Virus record (IMG/VR): IMGVR_UViG_3300048848_000232
Span: 1 to 49,365 of that record
Source: a virus
Taxonomy: Duplodnaviria; Caudoviricetes
Length of the DNA: 49,365 bases
Reading direction: 5' to 3' (one strand)
Shown here: positions 28,286 through 37,210 of the stretch, piece by piece
How positions within the stretch are numbered: the first letter of the stretch is position 1
Layout: each line of letters starts with the position of its first letter
Notes under the pieces: generated by a model
What the model saw: only the letters and a program-made list of their open reading frames with translations
What the model was told of the DNA's origin: nothing
Databases searched by the model: none
Program-made: the position numbers and the translations under genes

Positions 28286-28463
28286 GAGGTGCCGTCTTTC
28301 CGGCTGTCACCCGCCCGCTTTTTTGTCGTCGCCGCACCGGAGCTGCCAGCCGCGATTTTCGGGAGCGTCTGACCGAAGCCGTGGTGCGAACCCGCTAAGG
28401 TCCCTTACCATGACAGTTAGCGAAGGCCAATCATCTCGCAGCCTTGAACTATTGATACCGTAA

Positions 28464-28502
28464 CGCGCATCATTATTGCGTGTGACTTGCTTTCCATGTA
28501 AC
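28464..28502 (+). promoter_or_regulatory. Putative late promoter, copy 2
   Basis: CGCGCA-N6-TTGC-N18-GTAAC. Confidence 0.7.
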
Positions 28503-28550
28503 GTTCCTCCATTCGAGAACCGCCCGGCTATGGGCAATGGGAGCGCCGAC

Positions 28551-29282
28551 ATGGCATTGCAGGCTGTAGCAGGGTCGAAGATCTACATCGGTACGCGCGT
28601 GGCGCTGCCAATCGACCTCGAGGTTGAGTTGTCCGACTTCGCCCCGCAGGAAACGGAATGGCTGGAGATCAACGGCTGGACGCAGACCGGTACGCTCTCT
28701 GACACTTCCGCGTCGATCACGCAGTCGTTCATCGGCGCAAAGCGCGACGTGACGATCAAGGGCACTGAGACTGCGGCTGCTTTCGAAAACACGTTCGCTC
28801 CTTTGCCGAATGACCCCGGCCAACAGCGCGTCCGCGCGGCGAAGGCGGACTGCGCGAATTATGCGATCAAGGTCGAATGGGGCGCGGGTTGCGCAACCGA
28901 AGGGCCTGTGACGATCAGCGTTGCGGCGCCCGGTGTCGTGACGTGGGCTGGCGGGCACGCTCTAGAGGTCGGTGCACCAGTTATATTCACGCCCGCCAGC
29001 GGGACGCTCCCAACCGGATTGACTGCCGGCACCGTTTATTACGTCGTCGCCACTGGATTGACCCCGACGAAATTCAGCGTCGCTTCTACTCCCGGCGGTT
29101 CCGCAATCGCTACGACTGCCGCTGGCACTGCGACCGCTATTGTCGCCGCTGCGCAGCCTGCCGGCGAGACCGACATGTTCTACAGCCTCGTCATGGCGCG
29201 CGCGAAGAATGGCGGCGAGGCGAACACTGCGCGTCTGATGGGCATCACCTTTATGCCCAACACGAACCGCGTCGAAGTTTAA
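28551..29282 (+). CDS. Major tail tube protein
   Basis: AVAGSKIYIG...WLEI...DPGQ; position; GGGAG RBS. Confidence 0.82.
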   Translation: MALQAVAGSKIYIGTRVALPIDLEVELSDFAPQETEWLEINGWTQTGTLSDTSASITQSFIGAKRDVTIKGTETAAAFENTFAPLPNDPGQQRVRAAKADCANYAIKVEWGAGCATEGPVTISVAAPGVVTWAGGHALEVGAPVIFTPASGTLPTGLTAGTVYYVVATGLTPTKFSVASTPGGSAIATTAAGTATAIVAAAQPAGETDMFYSLVMARAKNGGEANTARLMGITFMPNTNRVEV

Positions 29283-29287
29283 GAGCT

Positions 29288-29320
29288 AGGGGCGGCAGGG
29301 TTCGGGTCCCTTGCCGTCCT
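29288..29320 (+). terminator. Stem-loop after the tail tube gene
   Basis: AGGGGCGGCAGGG / CCCTTGCCGTCCT. Confidence 0.55.
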
Positions 29321-29351
29321 TAGACCCGAGCGGGCCCGAGAGAGAGCGCAC

Positions 29352-29792
29352 ATGGATTTCGGCAAGATCAACGACCCCATCGACCTCGCACCCGGCGACT
29401 GGATCGACGAGATCCCGGCGCTTCCCGGTGCGCGGTTGCGGGTCCGGTCGACCAACTTCAAGCCCTACAAGGTCGGCGTGCAGGGCCTTGCGCGTCGTGC
29501 GGGCAAAAAGCTGAACACCGACGAAGGTGTGGGCGCCTTCAACGTCGCGACCGGCAAGGTTCTGGCGGATCACATCCTGCTCGAATGGGACCTGACTGCG
29601 GCTGAAGACATCGCCGCGGTGACCAGCAATGGCGCCCCACTCGAATACTCGCGCGAGAACGCTCTAATGGTGCTCAGTGCAGACGACGCGCACGGCATTG
29701 GCCAAGCCTTTCGCAATGGTGTGGAGTGGGCTGGCGACCAGATTGCTGAGCGTCTGCGCAAGCGTTCCGAGGAAGCGTCGGGAAACTCATAG
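29352..29792 (+). CDS. Tail assembly chaperone (G)
   Basis: Between tube and tape measure genes; ends at the slippery site. Confidence 0.8.
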   Translation: MDFGKINDPIDLAPGDWIDEIPALPGARLRVRSTNFKPYKVGVQGLARRAGKKLNTDEGVGAFNVATGKVLADHILLEWDLTAAEDIAAVTSNGAPLEYSRENALMVLSADDAHGIGQAFRNGVEWAGDQIAERLRKRSEEASGNS

Positions 29793-30166
29793 CCGCGCTC
29801 CGCTGGTCGTTGGACAATTACGACGAGTGGAAAGCGGCGAAGGACAAGGCGGATGAAACGGGCGGCCAGGTGCCGGAAGCGCTGGAGCCGCCCGACATCC
29901 TTGAAGGGTACGGTGGATGGTATTCGGACTTCTGGCGGCTTTCCACCGAACGCCAGCAAAGCATGGGGCTTGGACCAATCCCCGCCAGCAAGATCGATCG
30001 GCACGTAGCCGGCTGGGACTATGACGACGCGGAGGCATTCGAGTTCTGCATTCGGGAAATGGACGGGGTTTATCTGATGCACCAGAACAAGACCGAACAG
30101 CCCGACCCGTCCGTCTCGCCGCGTGACGCCTTCCGCAGCGCCACCTCCACGCGTCGGGGCCGCTAA
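29780..30166 (+). CDS. Tail assembly chaperone, -1 frameshift extension (T)
   Basis: G GGA AAC at 29780-29786 leads into the open -1 frame (FWRLSTERQQSMGLGPIP). Confidence 0.8.
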   Translation, partial: GKLIAALRWSLDNYDEWKAAKDKADETGGQVPEALEPPDILEGYGGWYSDFWRLSTERQQSMGLGPIPASKIDRHVAGWDYDDAEAFEFCIREMDGVYLMHQNKTEQPDPSVSPRDAFRSATSTRRGR

Positions 30167-30168
30167 CC

Positions 30169-32892
30169 GTGGACGCAGCCGCACTCAGTCTCACAGTCGA
30201 TTCCAGCAGCGTCGTAAAGGCGGCTAACGACCTTGACCGGTTCTCGGCTGCGTCAGACCGTGCAGGCAAGGCTGGTGCGGGCATCGGCAACCAGTCGGGA
30301 TCGATCGCCAAGCTGGTCGCGTCACTACAGTCGATGGACGCCAAGCTGTCGGTCATCATCGGCGGGCTCGACAAGGTCAACTCGGCACTCGCGACCAATG
30401 CGAAGGCGTCTCAGGGCGCGGCTGCGGCGAACGATAACGTGGCCCGGTCCATCGTTGTCGCTGATGCCCATGTGATCGCGTACACGCAACACTTGGCGGC
30501 TCTGGCGGCGCAGCAGGGTGACGCGAACGCGCACGTCATTGCTTATCAGCAGGCGATGCAGGCGGGTGCCGGCGCTCAGGTGCAGCAAAACGCACACGTC
30601 GAAGCGTATCGTAAGAACCTAGCCTCGCTTCCTCCTGCGCTCGACCAGGTTTCGAAGTCGGCCGGCGCCCTCCACGCCAACACGGGCAACATCGCGGCGC
30701 AGTTCCAAGACATCGGCGTGACCGCTGCTATGGGCATGAACCCGCTGATCATCGGCTTGCAGCAGGGTACGCAGCTATCGGCCGTGTTCGCGCAGTCGGG
30801 CGGTTCCATGCGTGACGTGCTGGTCGGCGCGTTCAAGCAAATCGCCAGTGCTCAGGCGTTGCTGACGATCGGACTGGTTGCCTTGATTGCGGTTGCCATC
30901 CAGCTCGCGATGGCGTGGTTCAACAGCGGGAGCGAGGCCGACAAGCTCGCGAAGCGGATCGAGGGCATCAAGACCGCGTCGGATGGCGTGAACGATGCTC
31001 AATCAGTCCTTGGCCATGTGTTCGACCTGACAACCGGCAAGATGAAGACGCAGACGGCCGCAGCGATCAACCTTGCGCGCGCTCAACTGCTGTTGATGAA
31101 GGCCACTGCGCAGGTCAACACCTCTAAGGCTGCGAAGGATCTGGATCAATCCGGCAACCTTGGCTTCATGGGCCGACTGTCGGCGTGGGTGAAGGGGGAC
31201 CAAGGTCTAATTGAGGGCAGTGCGCGGGTTGATGCTCTGACCAAGGCGCTCAAGAACAACCAGATCAGCGGCGCGGATGCCCTCAAGGGCTTCCAGATGC
31301 TCTATGATCGTGGTTCGATCACCAACGAAATGTTCCTGAAGGGCAGCGCGGCTGCGGCGAATTACGGTGCCGAGATTGAGAACGCTGCAACGGCAACGAA
31401 GGCGCTGGCCGACCTTGACCGCGGCCAGTTGTCGGCGGAGTTCATGAACCCGAATAAGCCGAAGAAGCCACCTAAGGGGCCAAAGACGGACGCGGAGAAA
31501 CTCGCCGACGTCTATACGGCTGCGAACGGTGATATTGCGGCCGAAAAGACGCGCGCCCTCGCTGCGGCCAATGACGAAACCGCGTTCGAGGCGGCCCGCC
31601 TCGAGAAGGCGACCGCGCTGCTCAACGCAATCCAGCAGAAGGGCATCCCGATAACCGATGCAGTCCGCGCCAAGGTGGCGGAACTGTCGAACGAATACGC
31701 CAAATTCAAGATCGCGGCTGACGTGTCGGGAGTCGTCAACACGGCCAACGACGATATCGAAAAGCAGCGCCTGGCGATTGCTGATCAGGTAAAGCTGATC
31801 GGGCTTTATGGTGATAAGCTGGCTCGCGCTCGGCTGGAGATGGAGGCGCAACGCAAGCTGCGTGACGCGCTGCCTAAGGGTGAGATACTCGTGCAGCCGA
31901 ATATGACGGGCGGCTTGTCGGACGATACCGAGGCTGCGGCGCGGCTCCAGCGCGCAGCGGATTTGACCAAGACGTCGGCCGACGCGGCCTATGCGATGGA
32001 TCTGGAGCGCGGGTCCCTACGCCTGACCGGCGAGGCCCTGATCGCGTACAACTTTGCGGCTGACGAGAAGTTGAGGAACCAGCGCGCTGGCATCGCGCTA
32101 TCGCCGGACGAGGTTGCAGCGATTGATGCCGCGGGTGCCGCCTATGCCGCGCAACGCTACGCCATCGACCAGCAGGCGCAGGCCATCGCCGACCAGCGCG
32201 AAGTGACCAAGGGCTTCTTCACCGACTGGATCAACGGCGCGCGGCAGGGGCAGAGCGTGTTCAAGTCGTTCGCCGATTCTGCGGTCAACAGCCTCAACAA
32301 AATCATCGACAAGCTTCTCGACAAGACGCTCGACGGCTTCCTCAATGGTGGGATGACGGGCGGCGCTGGATCGTCGGGTGGCCGGTTCTTTTCCAGCCTT
32401 CTCGGTAGCCTCGGCATTGGCGGGAATAAGAACGCGGGTTCGTCGGGCGAACTGCACAACGCCACATTCGGGGGCGGGTCGCAGGGCAACCCTAGCGGAG
32501 TGCTCTCGTTCTTCGCTCAGGGGGGCGCGTTCGACCGGGCGCAGAAGTTCGCGAATGGTGGCGCCTTCACCAACTCCGTCGTCAACAGCCCAACCCTGTT
32601 TCGGTTCGCCAATGGCGGCGCACTGGGTGAGATGGGCGAGGCTGGACCAGAAGCGATCATGCCGCTCAAGAGGGGCGCGAACGGTGCACTAGGGGTGCAG
32701 ATGCATGGAGGGGGCCGGGCTACGATCAAGATGGGCGATGTCCACCTGCACAACAGCTTCGCCGGCGCCATCGGTATTGAGGCCGTACAGGCCATGAATC
32801 AGCAGTCGGCTGAACAAGCCGTCTCCTACGTTCGCCGGGAGTTCGCAAACATCGCGGCTGAGCATGAAGCGAATGGAGTGATCGTTTCGTGA
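30169..32892 (+). CDS. Tail tape measure protein
   Basis: 907 aa, Ala-rich; NIAAQFQDIGV...QQGTQL and GEAGPEAIMPL motifs. Confidence 0.92.
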   Translation: MDAAALSLTVDSSSVVKAANDLDRFSAASDRAGKAGAGIGNQSGSIAKLVASLQSMDAKLSVIIGGLDKVNSALATNAKASQGAAAANDNVARSIVVADAHVIAYTQHLAALAAQQGDANAHVIAYQQAMQAGAGAQVQQNAHVEAYRKNLASLPPALDQVSKSAGALHANTGNIAAQFQDIGVTAAMGMNPLIIGLQQGTQLSAVFAQSGGSMRDVLVGAFKQIASAQALLTIGLVALIAVAIQLAMAWFNSGSEADKLAKRIEGIKTASDGVNDAQSVLGHVFDLTTGKMKTQTAAAINLARAQLLLMKATAQVNTSKAAKDLDQSGNLGFMGRLSAWVKGDQGLIEGSARVDALTKALKNNQISGADALKGFQMLYDRGSITNEMFLKGSAAAANYGAEIENAATATKALADLDRGQLSAEFMNPNKPKKPPKGPKTDAEKLADVYTAANGDIAAEKTRALAAANDETAFEAARLEKATALLNAIQQKGIPITDAVRAKVAELSNEYAKFKIAADVSGVVNTANDDIEKQRLAIADQVKLIGLYGDKLARARLEMEAQRKLRDALPKGEILVQPNMTGGLSDDTEAAARLQRAADLTKTSADAAYAMDLERGSLRLTGEALIAYNFAADEKLRNQRAGIALSPDEVAAIDAAGAAYAAQRYAIDQQAQAIADQREVTKGFFTDWINGARQGQSVFKSFADSAVNSLNKIIDKLLDKTLDGFLNGGMTGGAGSSGGRFFSSLLGSLGIGGNKNAGSSGELHNATFGGGSQGNPSGVLSFFAQGGAFDRAQKFANGGAFTNSVVNSPTLFRFANGGALGEMGEAGPEAIMPLKRGANGALGVQMHGGGRATIKMGDVHLHNSFAGAIGIEAVQAMNQQSAEQAVSYVRREFANIAAEHEANGVIVS

Positions 32893-33548
32893 AAATCTAC
32901 CAGTTCCCGACTTTCCGCGTCGAGACGCAGCTATTCCACGTCCCGGGCGCCGGATACGACGGTGGGCTGACGTCGGGCGGCGCGCAGTTCATCACGCCAG
33001 AGCCGGGTGGCTTTGCTACGCTCGAGTTCCAGACCGCACTTGTCGAAACCGAATGGGACGCGCCGCTGGTGAGCTGGATCATGTCGAAGATCAGCGGGCA
33101 GGTGTTCCGCGTCCGCCTCGCGCCATCCCCGCAGGTGGCGTATAGCAAGACGCGGGGCATGGTCGCGGTCCCTTGGGATAACGGGCAGGCGTGGTCCAAT
33201 CAGGAAAACTGGGACGGCGACTTCACGGCGACCTATGCCGCGGCAGGGTTGAAAGGCGCCGTCACCATGTCATTCGACTTGACCGGTGTGGGCCCGATCG
33301 TCGGGCCGGGGCATGTGATCGGCCACGCGTTCGATAGCTATCTGATCGACGAAATAAGCTATGTCGGCAACGTAGCTACCGCGATCGTCACACCGCCGTT
33401 GCGTCGGAACATAGCGGCCGGCGATAACTGCTACCTGCGGCCTTGGTTCACCGGGCGGATTAGCAACGGGGCGGACATCCGGTCCGCTTACAACAGCATG
33501 GGCCATGTGAAGCCGGGGAACATCGTTTTGCAGGAGGCGGTGGTTTGA
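32889..33548 (+). CDS. Distal tail protein
   Basis: Coupled directly after the tape measure gene. Confidence 0.7.
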   Translation: MKIYQFPTFRVETQLFHVPGAGYDGGLTSGGAQFITPEPGGFATLEFQTALVETEWDAPLVSWIMSKISGQVFRVRLAPSPQVAYSKTRGMVAVPWDNGQAWSNQENWDGDFTATYAAAGLKGAVTMSFDLTGVGPIVGPGHVIGHAFDSYLIDEISYVGNVATAIVTPPLRRNIAAGDNCYLRPWFTGRISNGADIRSAYNSMGHVKPGNIVLQEAVV

Positions 33549-33618
33549 GGGCGCCGGCCTATCGGTAAGCGCGTCGGATAGACTCGACTCTTGGTGAACT
33601 CCGTTTCAACGTAACGGC

Positions 33619-34452
33619 ATGACGCTACAGTTTATTGCCTACATTGACGAAGCTGGTGACGAGGGGATTGGCAAGCTACGGGATCCCGATAGCGGGCAGT
33701 CGCGTTGGCTTATGCTAGGCGGTATTCTGGTATCCGCTGACAACGATAAGCTACTTCCCGCTTGGCGAGATGAAGTGCTTGACCAGTTTCCCAAAAAACA
33801 GAAGCGCGACCTTCATTTTCGCTTCCTAAAACATGACCAGAAAGTCGCCACATCGGAAATGCTGGCGACTAAACGTATGGGGATCTGTTGCATCTGTTCG
33901 AATAAGGAGACATTGCTAGACGGCGGAAAATATGAAACTTTGTACGGAAAGAAAGGCCATCTCTACAATTATCTAACCCGCTTTCTACTAGAGCGCCTAA
34001 CGGCTTCGGTCGCCGCGGCGGCCAAGAAGCAAGGCGAGGATGCCCGTCTAAGCATCGTCTTCTCGCGGCGCGCGAACACGGATTACGCGGTTATGCGCGA
34101 ATACCTCGAGATGATGCGTGACGGCAAAGAGAAGATGAGGCCCGTGCGGAGTATAAATTGGTCAGTCTTCGACCCATCGGATATCCGTGTTGAAAACCAC
34201 TCGAGGTGGGCTGGCCTGCAGCTTGCTGACGCCGCTACATCAGCAGTCTTCTCAGCGTTAGAGCGTAATATGTATGGCAACTACGAACCGCGCTACGCTT
34301 TGGCCTTGGCGAAGCGGTTCATCCCAAGGGGTGCATCGATCCTCGATTGCGGTTTTACGCTCGTACCCCAGCGCAATCGATGCCCGCTTGACGAACGCCA
34401 AGCGAAATTTGTGGACGAGCTGGTAGGTGTTTGGCGAGCCCCCGGACCCTGA
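33619..34452 (+). CDS. DUF3800 family protein (RNase H-like fold), moron
   Basis: N-terminal YIDEAGD and C-terminal GLQLAD signature; AT-richer than flanks; interrupts the tail operon. Confidence 0.85.
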   Translation: MTLQFIAYIDEAGDEGIGKLRDPDSGQSRWLMLGGILVSADNDKLLPAWRDEVLDQFPKKQKRDLHFRFLKHDQKVATSEMLATKRMGICCICSNKETLLDGGKYETLYGKKGHLYNYLTRFLLERLTASVAAAAKKQGEDARLSIVFSRRANTDYAVMREYLEMMRDGKEKMRPVRSINWSVFDPSDIRVENHSRWAGLQLADAATSAVFSALERNMYGNYEPRYALALAKRFIPRGASILDCGFTLVPQRNRCPLDERQAKFVDELVGVWRAPGP

Positions 34453-34515
34453 TACCACGTCTCTCGACGCTGCCGCCCTAAGGCAACTCGGGCTTATTCC
34501 GACGCATGCTCGCCG
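34432..34515 (+). ncRNA. Candidate DUF3800-associated structured RNA
   Basis: Closing stem GGCGAGC/GCTCGCC enclosing CCCGG/TCGGG and hairpins CGTC/GACG and TGCC/GGCA. Confidence 0.5.
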
Positions 34516-34648
34516 CGAACCCATATAGTCGCTATCCGTTACGGATACAAAAACTTTTTGGCCTACGCGGCTATGGTCTCTGCATCGACGGCTAGGGCGC
34601 TCGGGAGTCCGGGCGCCGTAAACATCTGATCTAGGTACAAAACCCACA

Positions 34649-34677
34649 TTGACGCGAACCCCTCGCGGCGACACTCT
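34649..34677 (+). promoter_or_regulatory. Putative sigma70 promoter of the exported-protein moron
   Basis: TTGACG-N17-CACTCT upstream of a GGAGG RBS. Confidence 0.5.
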
Positions 34678-34719
34678 TCACACCTTCGGCCTGGGGAGGC
34701 CGACTCGGAGGGGATAATA

Positions 34720-35289
34720 ATGAAAATGACCATTGGCGCACTCGTGTGCGCGCTTACCTTTGCCGCTCCGGTATTCGGGCAGGCCGCGCCGATCGCCACA
34801 GCAGCGACGACATCGGGCACACTCCGGGCTGGTACGTCCGTGCCTCTCAAGATGGCCGAAGGGCTTACGACCAAGGGTAAGAAGCTGAAAGTCGGACAGC
34901 GCTTCCAAATGGAAACAGCTGAGGCGATCACGGTCGACGGCAACGTCGTCATTCCGGCCGGCAGCCCCGCAACTGGCGAGATCACCGAAGTCCGCAACAA
35001 GGGCATGTGGGGCAAGTCTGGCCGGATCAACGGTCGCGTCCTCTACGTGCGCGCCAATGGCCGTCAGATCCGTATGTCGGGCTCGATTGATGACAAGGGG
35101 AAGACTGGCACCGCTGGCGTCGTCGGTGCCGTGGCCCTTCTCCCGGTCGCCGGATTCTTTATGACCGGGACCAGCGCGGAGGTACCGCTGGGCGCGCCGG
35201 TTACGGCCTTTATCGATGAGGATGTCTCTGTGGCAGTCGTCCCGGCGGCTATGCCGATGGCGGTACCGGCCGCGTCTCCCGCAAAGTAA
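34720..35289 (+). CDS. Exported/envelope protein, moron
   Basis: Signal peptide, beta-rich domain (LRAGTSVPL...VIPAGS), C-terminal hydrophobic segment. Confidence 0.75.
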   Translation: MKMTIGALVCALTFAAPVFGQAAPIATAATTSGTLRAGTSVPLKMAEGLTTKGKKLKVGQRFQMETAEAITVDGNVVIPAGSPATGEITEVRNKGMWGKSGRINGRVLYVRANGRQIRMSGSIDDKGKTGTAGVVGAVALLPVAGFFMTGTSAEVPLGAPVTAFIDEDVSVAVVPAAMPMAVPAASPAK

Positions 35290-35310
35290 CAGTGCCGCTG
35301 TAGCATATGA

Positions 35311-35334
35311 GGGGCGCTCCTAACCGGGCGCCCC
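35311..35334. terminator. Hairpin between convergent moron genes
   Basis: GGGGCGCTC/GGGCGCCCC. Confidence 0.6.
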
Positions 35335-35335
35335 A

Positions 35336-35656
35336 TCAGAGGCTTTCGAGAATAGTCTTACTTGCCTTGCGTGTCGCCGTTTCTGCGGATCGGTTACCAC
35401 ACGTCTGAATTAGCGAAAACAACGATGCAGAGGCCTTGCCTTCCTCCTGTTTCATAATGGTCTTGAACGTAGCGGCCGTCTTTCCATGGACCACGTTCAA
35501 GCCGAGGCTGGCGTTTGTCACCGCGCTCATCGAGTTGAGATAATCTTCTTCAAGCCCGACGCACACTGTGTGCTTGTAATAGGCTGTACCCGCCCACCCG
35601 ACGCCTGAGATCGTGGCTACAGACAGCGCCACGATTCCAAGCCATTTCATGCTCAC
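35336..35656 (-). CDS. Membrane-anchored/exported protein, moron
   Basis: N-terminal hydrophobic helix, two Cys. Confidence 0.65.
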   Translation of the reverse strand: MSMKWLGIVALSVATISGVGWAGTAYYKHTVCVGLEEDYLNSMSAVTNASLGLNVVHGKTAATFKTIMKQEEGKASASLFSLIQTCGNRSAETATRKASKTILESL

Positions 35657-36012
35657 TTAGTGACGAACTTGATCGCCATCCCAGTCGCGTTTGTCTTACC
35701 CCAGCTAGTGACGGCAATATGGGACTCGCCATACTGTGCGTTGATCACCGCATCGGCATGCATCTTTTCGCCCCGTTCCCAAAGCTCCCGATATACCTTC
35801 TCGGGCGTTGCAGCCTTGCTGAGCAGATTCGCTTTCCGGACGCCGGCCTTGATCGGCCCGACGACGGTGTACGGGCGATCCGAGATATCGCCGTTCGTCA
35901 CGGGCACGGGCAGCGCGGCAAGCTCCGCGTATGTGATAGACGGCTTCACTTCTTGAGCCGCAGCCGGCGTCGCTGCCAAGGTCGCCAAAAGCATAAAAGC
36001 GCGAATCGTCAT
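35653..36012 (-). CDS. Exported YbjQ-like protein, moron
   Basis: Signal peptide AAA-Q; RPYTVVGPI...GEKMHADAVIN...ATGMAIKF. Confidence 0.7.
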   Translation of the reverse strand: MTIRAFMLLATLAATPAAAQEVKPSITYAELAALPVPVTNGDISDRPYTVVGPIKAGVRKANLLSKAATPEKVYRELWERGEKMHADAVINAQYGESHIAVTSWGKTNATGMAIKFVTK

Positions 36013-36102
36013 GACATCATCCCCCGTTGCTAATGCAGGATTGGGGCGTGACAGCCTGGTTGGCAAGATGAAGGCAATGAAGGCGACCTAAAATTGCCAC
36101 AC

Positions 36103-36149
36103 CGCGCACTTATGTTGCGCGAACATCGCCTTGCCTGTAACCTTCGGGT
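36103..36149 (+). promoter_or_regulatory. Putative late promoter, copy 3
   Basis: CGCGCA-N6-TTGC-N18-GTAAC-N8-ATG. Confidence 0.7.
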
Positions 36150-36809
36150 ATGAGCGCTTTCTACGATCAGATAGACGAGATACTCGGACAGGCCGAAGAC
36201 GCGACCGATATCGTTGCTATGGTTCGGAAATGCTGGCTGTATGATTTCAAGGACGAGCCAGTCAGGCTGTGGGACGGCCAAGGACCGTTCACCGACATTG
36301 ATGGCAACGAATGGACCGGCACGGTTAGCGCGAGTGGTGCCAACATCCACAAAGCGCCGCCCTTGCAAGATGGTCGGGATGGTTCGGCAGCTTCCTACAA
36401 CTTCTCGCTGACGATCCCGCCCGTGCCGGGAGAGGATACCCCCGGTTTATACGAAGCACTCAAAGCCGATCAGTCGAAAGTCTTTGGTCGAACCCTGACT
36501 TGCTACCTCGTGCTGTTCATCGAAGGCGAAGGCCTACGCCCGAACACACCGCTCTCGTTTTACAAAGAAATGACGATGTTCTCGCCGAAGTTCTCGGAAG
36601 GGATCGCGCGGTCCGCGTCGGGCACGATCACCAAGACCTATACCGCCTCGATCACGGCCAAGGACAATAATCACGGCCGCAGCGAGACGCCCGATCGGAC
36701 CTATGCCGACACGATGCAAAAACGACGTGCCGCGCAACTTGGAGTGGCGGTTGATCGTGGATCCGAGTTTCTCGCGCTACTGGCTAACCGAACATACCAG
36801 GTGCCCTGA
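36150..36809 (+). CDS. Tail tip / hub protein
   Basis: VRLWDGQG...WTG...DRGSEF; resumes the tail operon. Confidence 0.7.
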   Translation: MSAFYDQIDEILGQAEDATDIVAMVRKCWLYDFKDEPVRLWDGQGPFTDIDGNEWTGTVSASGANIHKAPPLQDGRDGSAASYNFSLTIPPVPGEDTPGLYEALKADQSKVFGRTLTCYLVLFIEGEGLRPNTPLSFYKEMTMFSPKFSEGIARSASGTITKTYTASITAKDNNHGRSETPDRTYADTMQKRRAAQLGVAVDRGSEFLALLANRTYQVP

Positions 36810-37210
36810 TGGACATCGTCGACGAGACGCTGCGCGAGTGGCGATCGGGTGTGTTCACCTATGGCCAGACCGACTGCATGCTGTCTATCGGTAAGTATCT
36901 GGCGCGGACCGGTCATGAGGACGTCACTGGCCTGTTCACTGGTCGATACGATACCCAAGACGGCGCACTGGCTATGTTGCTCGACTATGGCGGCGTTGCG
37001 GGGCTCATGGCGTTGGCTGGTGCCGTCCCGTTGCAAGGCCCGCCGACCCGCGGTGATGTCGTCGAGGTGCTTTACCAGGATGACGGCCTGCTCTGCGGCA
37101 TCGGAGCAATCTGCACGGGCGATGCCGCGGCTCTGCGTCTCGAGCGAGGCATGATTGAACTGAGCTTGCGGTTCATCAAATACCGGGGAGCTTGGCATGG
37201 CAGTCGTTAA
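36809..37210 (+). CDS. Tail-associated NlpC/P60-like protein (DUF6950-like)
   Basis: FTYGQTDC...RGDV. Confidence 0.7.
   Translation: MDIVDETLREWRSGVFTYGQTDCMLSIGKYLARTGHEDVTGLFTGRYDTQDGALAMLLDYGGVAGLMALAGAVPLQGPPTRGDVVEVLYQDDGLLCGIGAICTGDAAALRLERGMIELSLRFIKYRGAWHGSR

Noticed and set aside
30460-30620. AHVxAY repeats about 21 aa apart in the tape measure protein
   Set aside because: Periodic repeats are ordinary for tape measure proteins
33596-33610. LexA box upstream of the DUF3800 gene (GAAC-N7-CAAC)
   Set aside because: Mismatch in one half-site; could occur by chance
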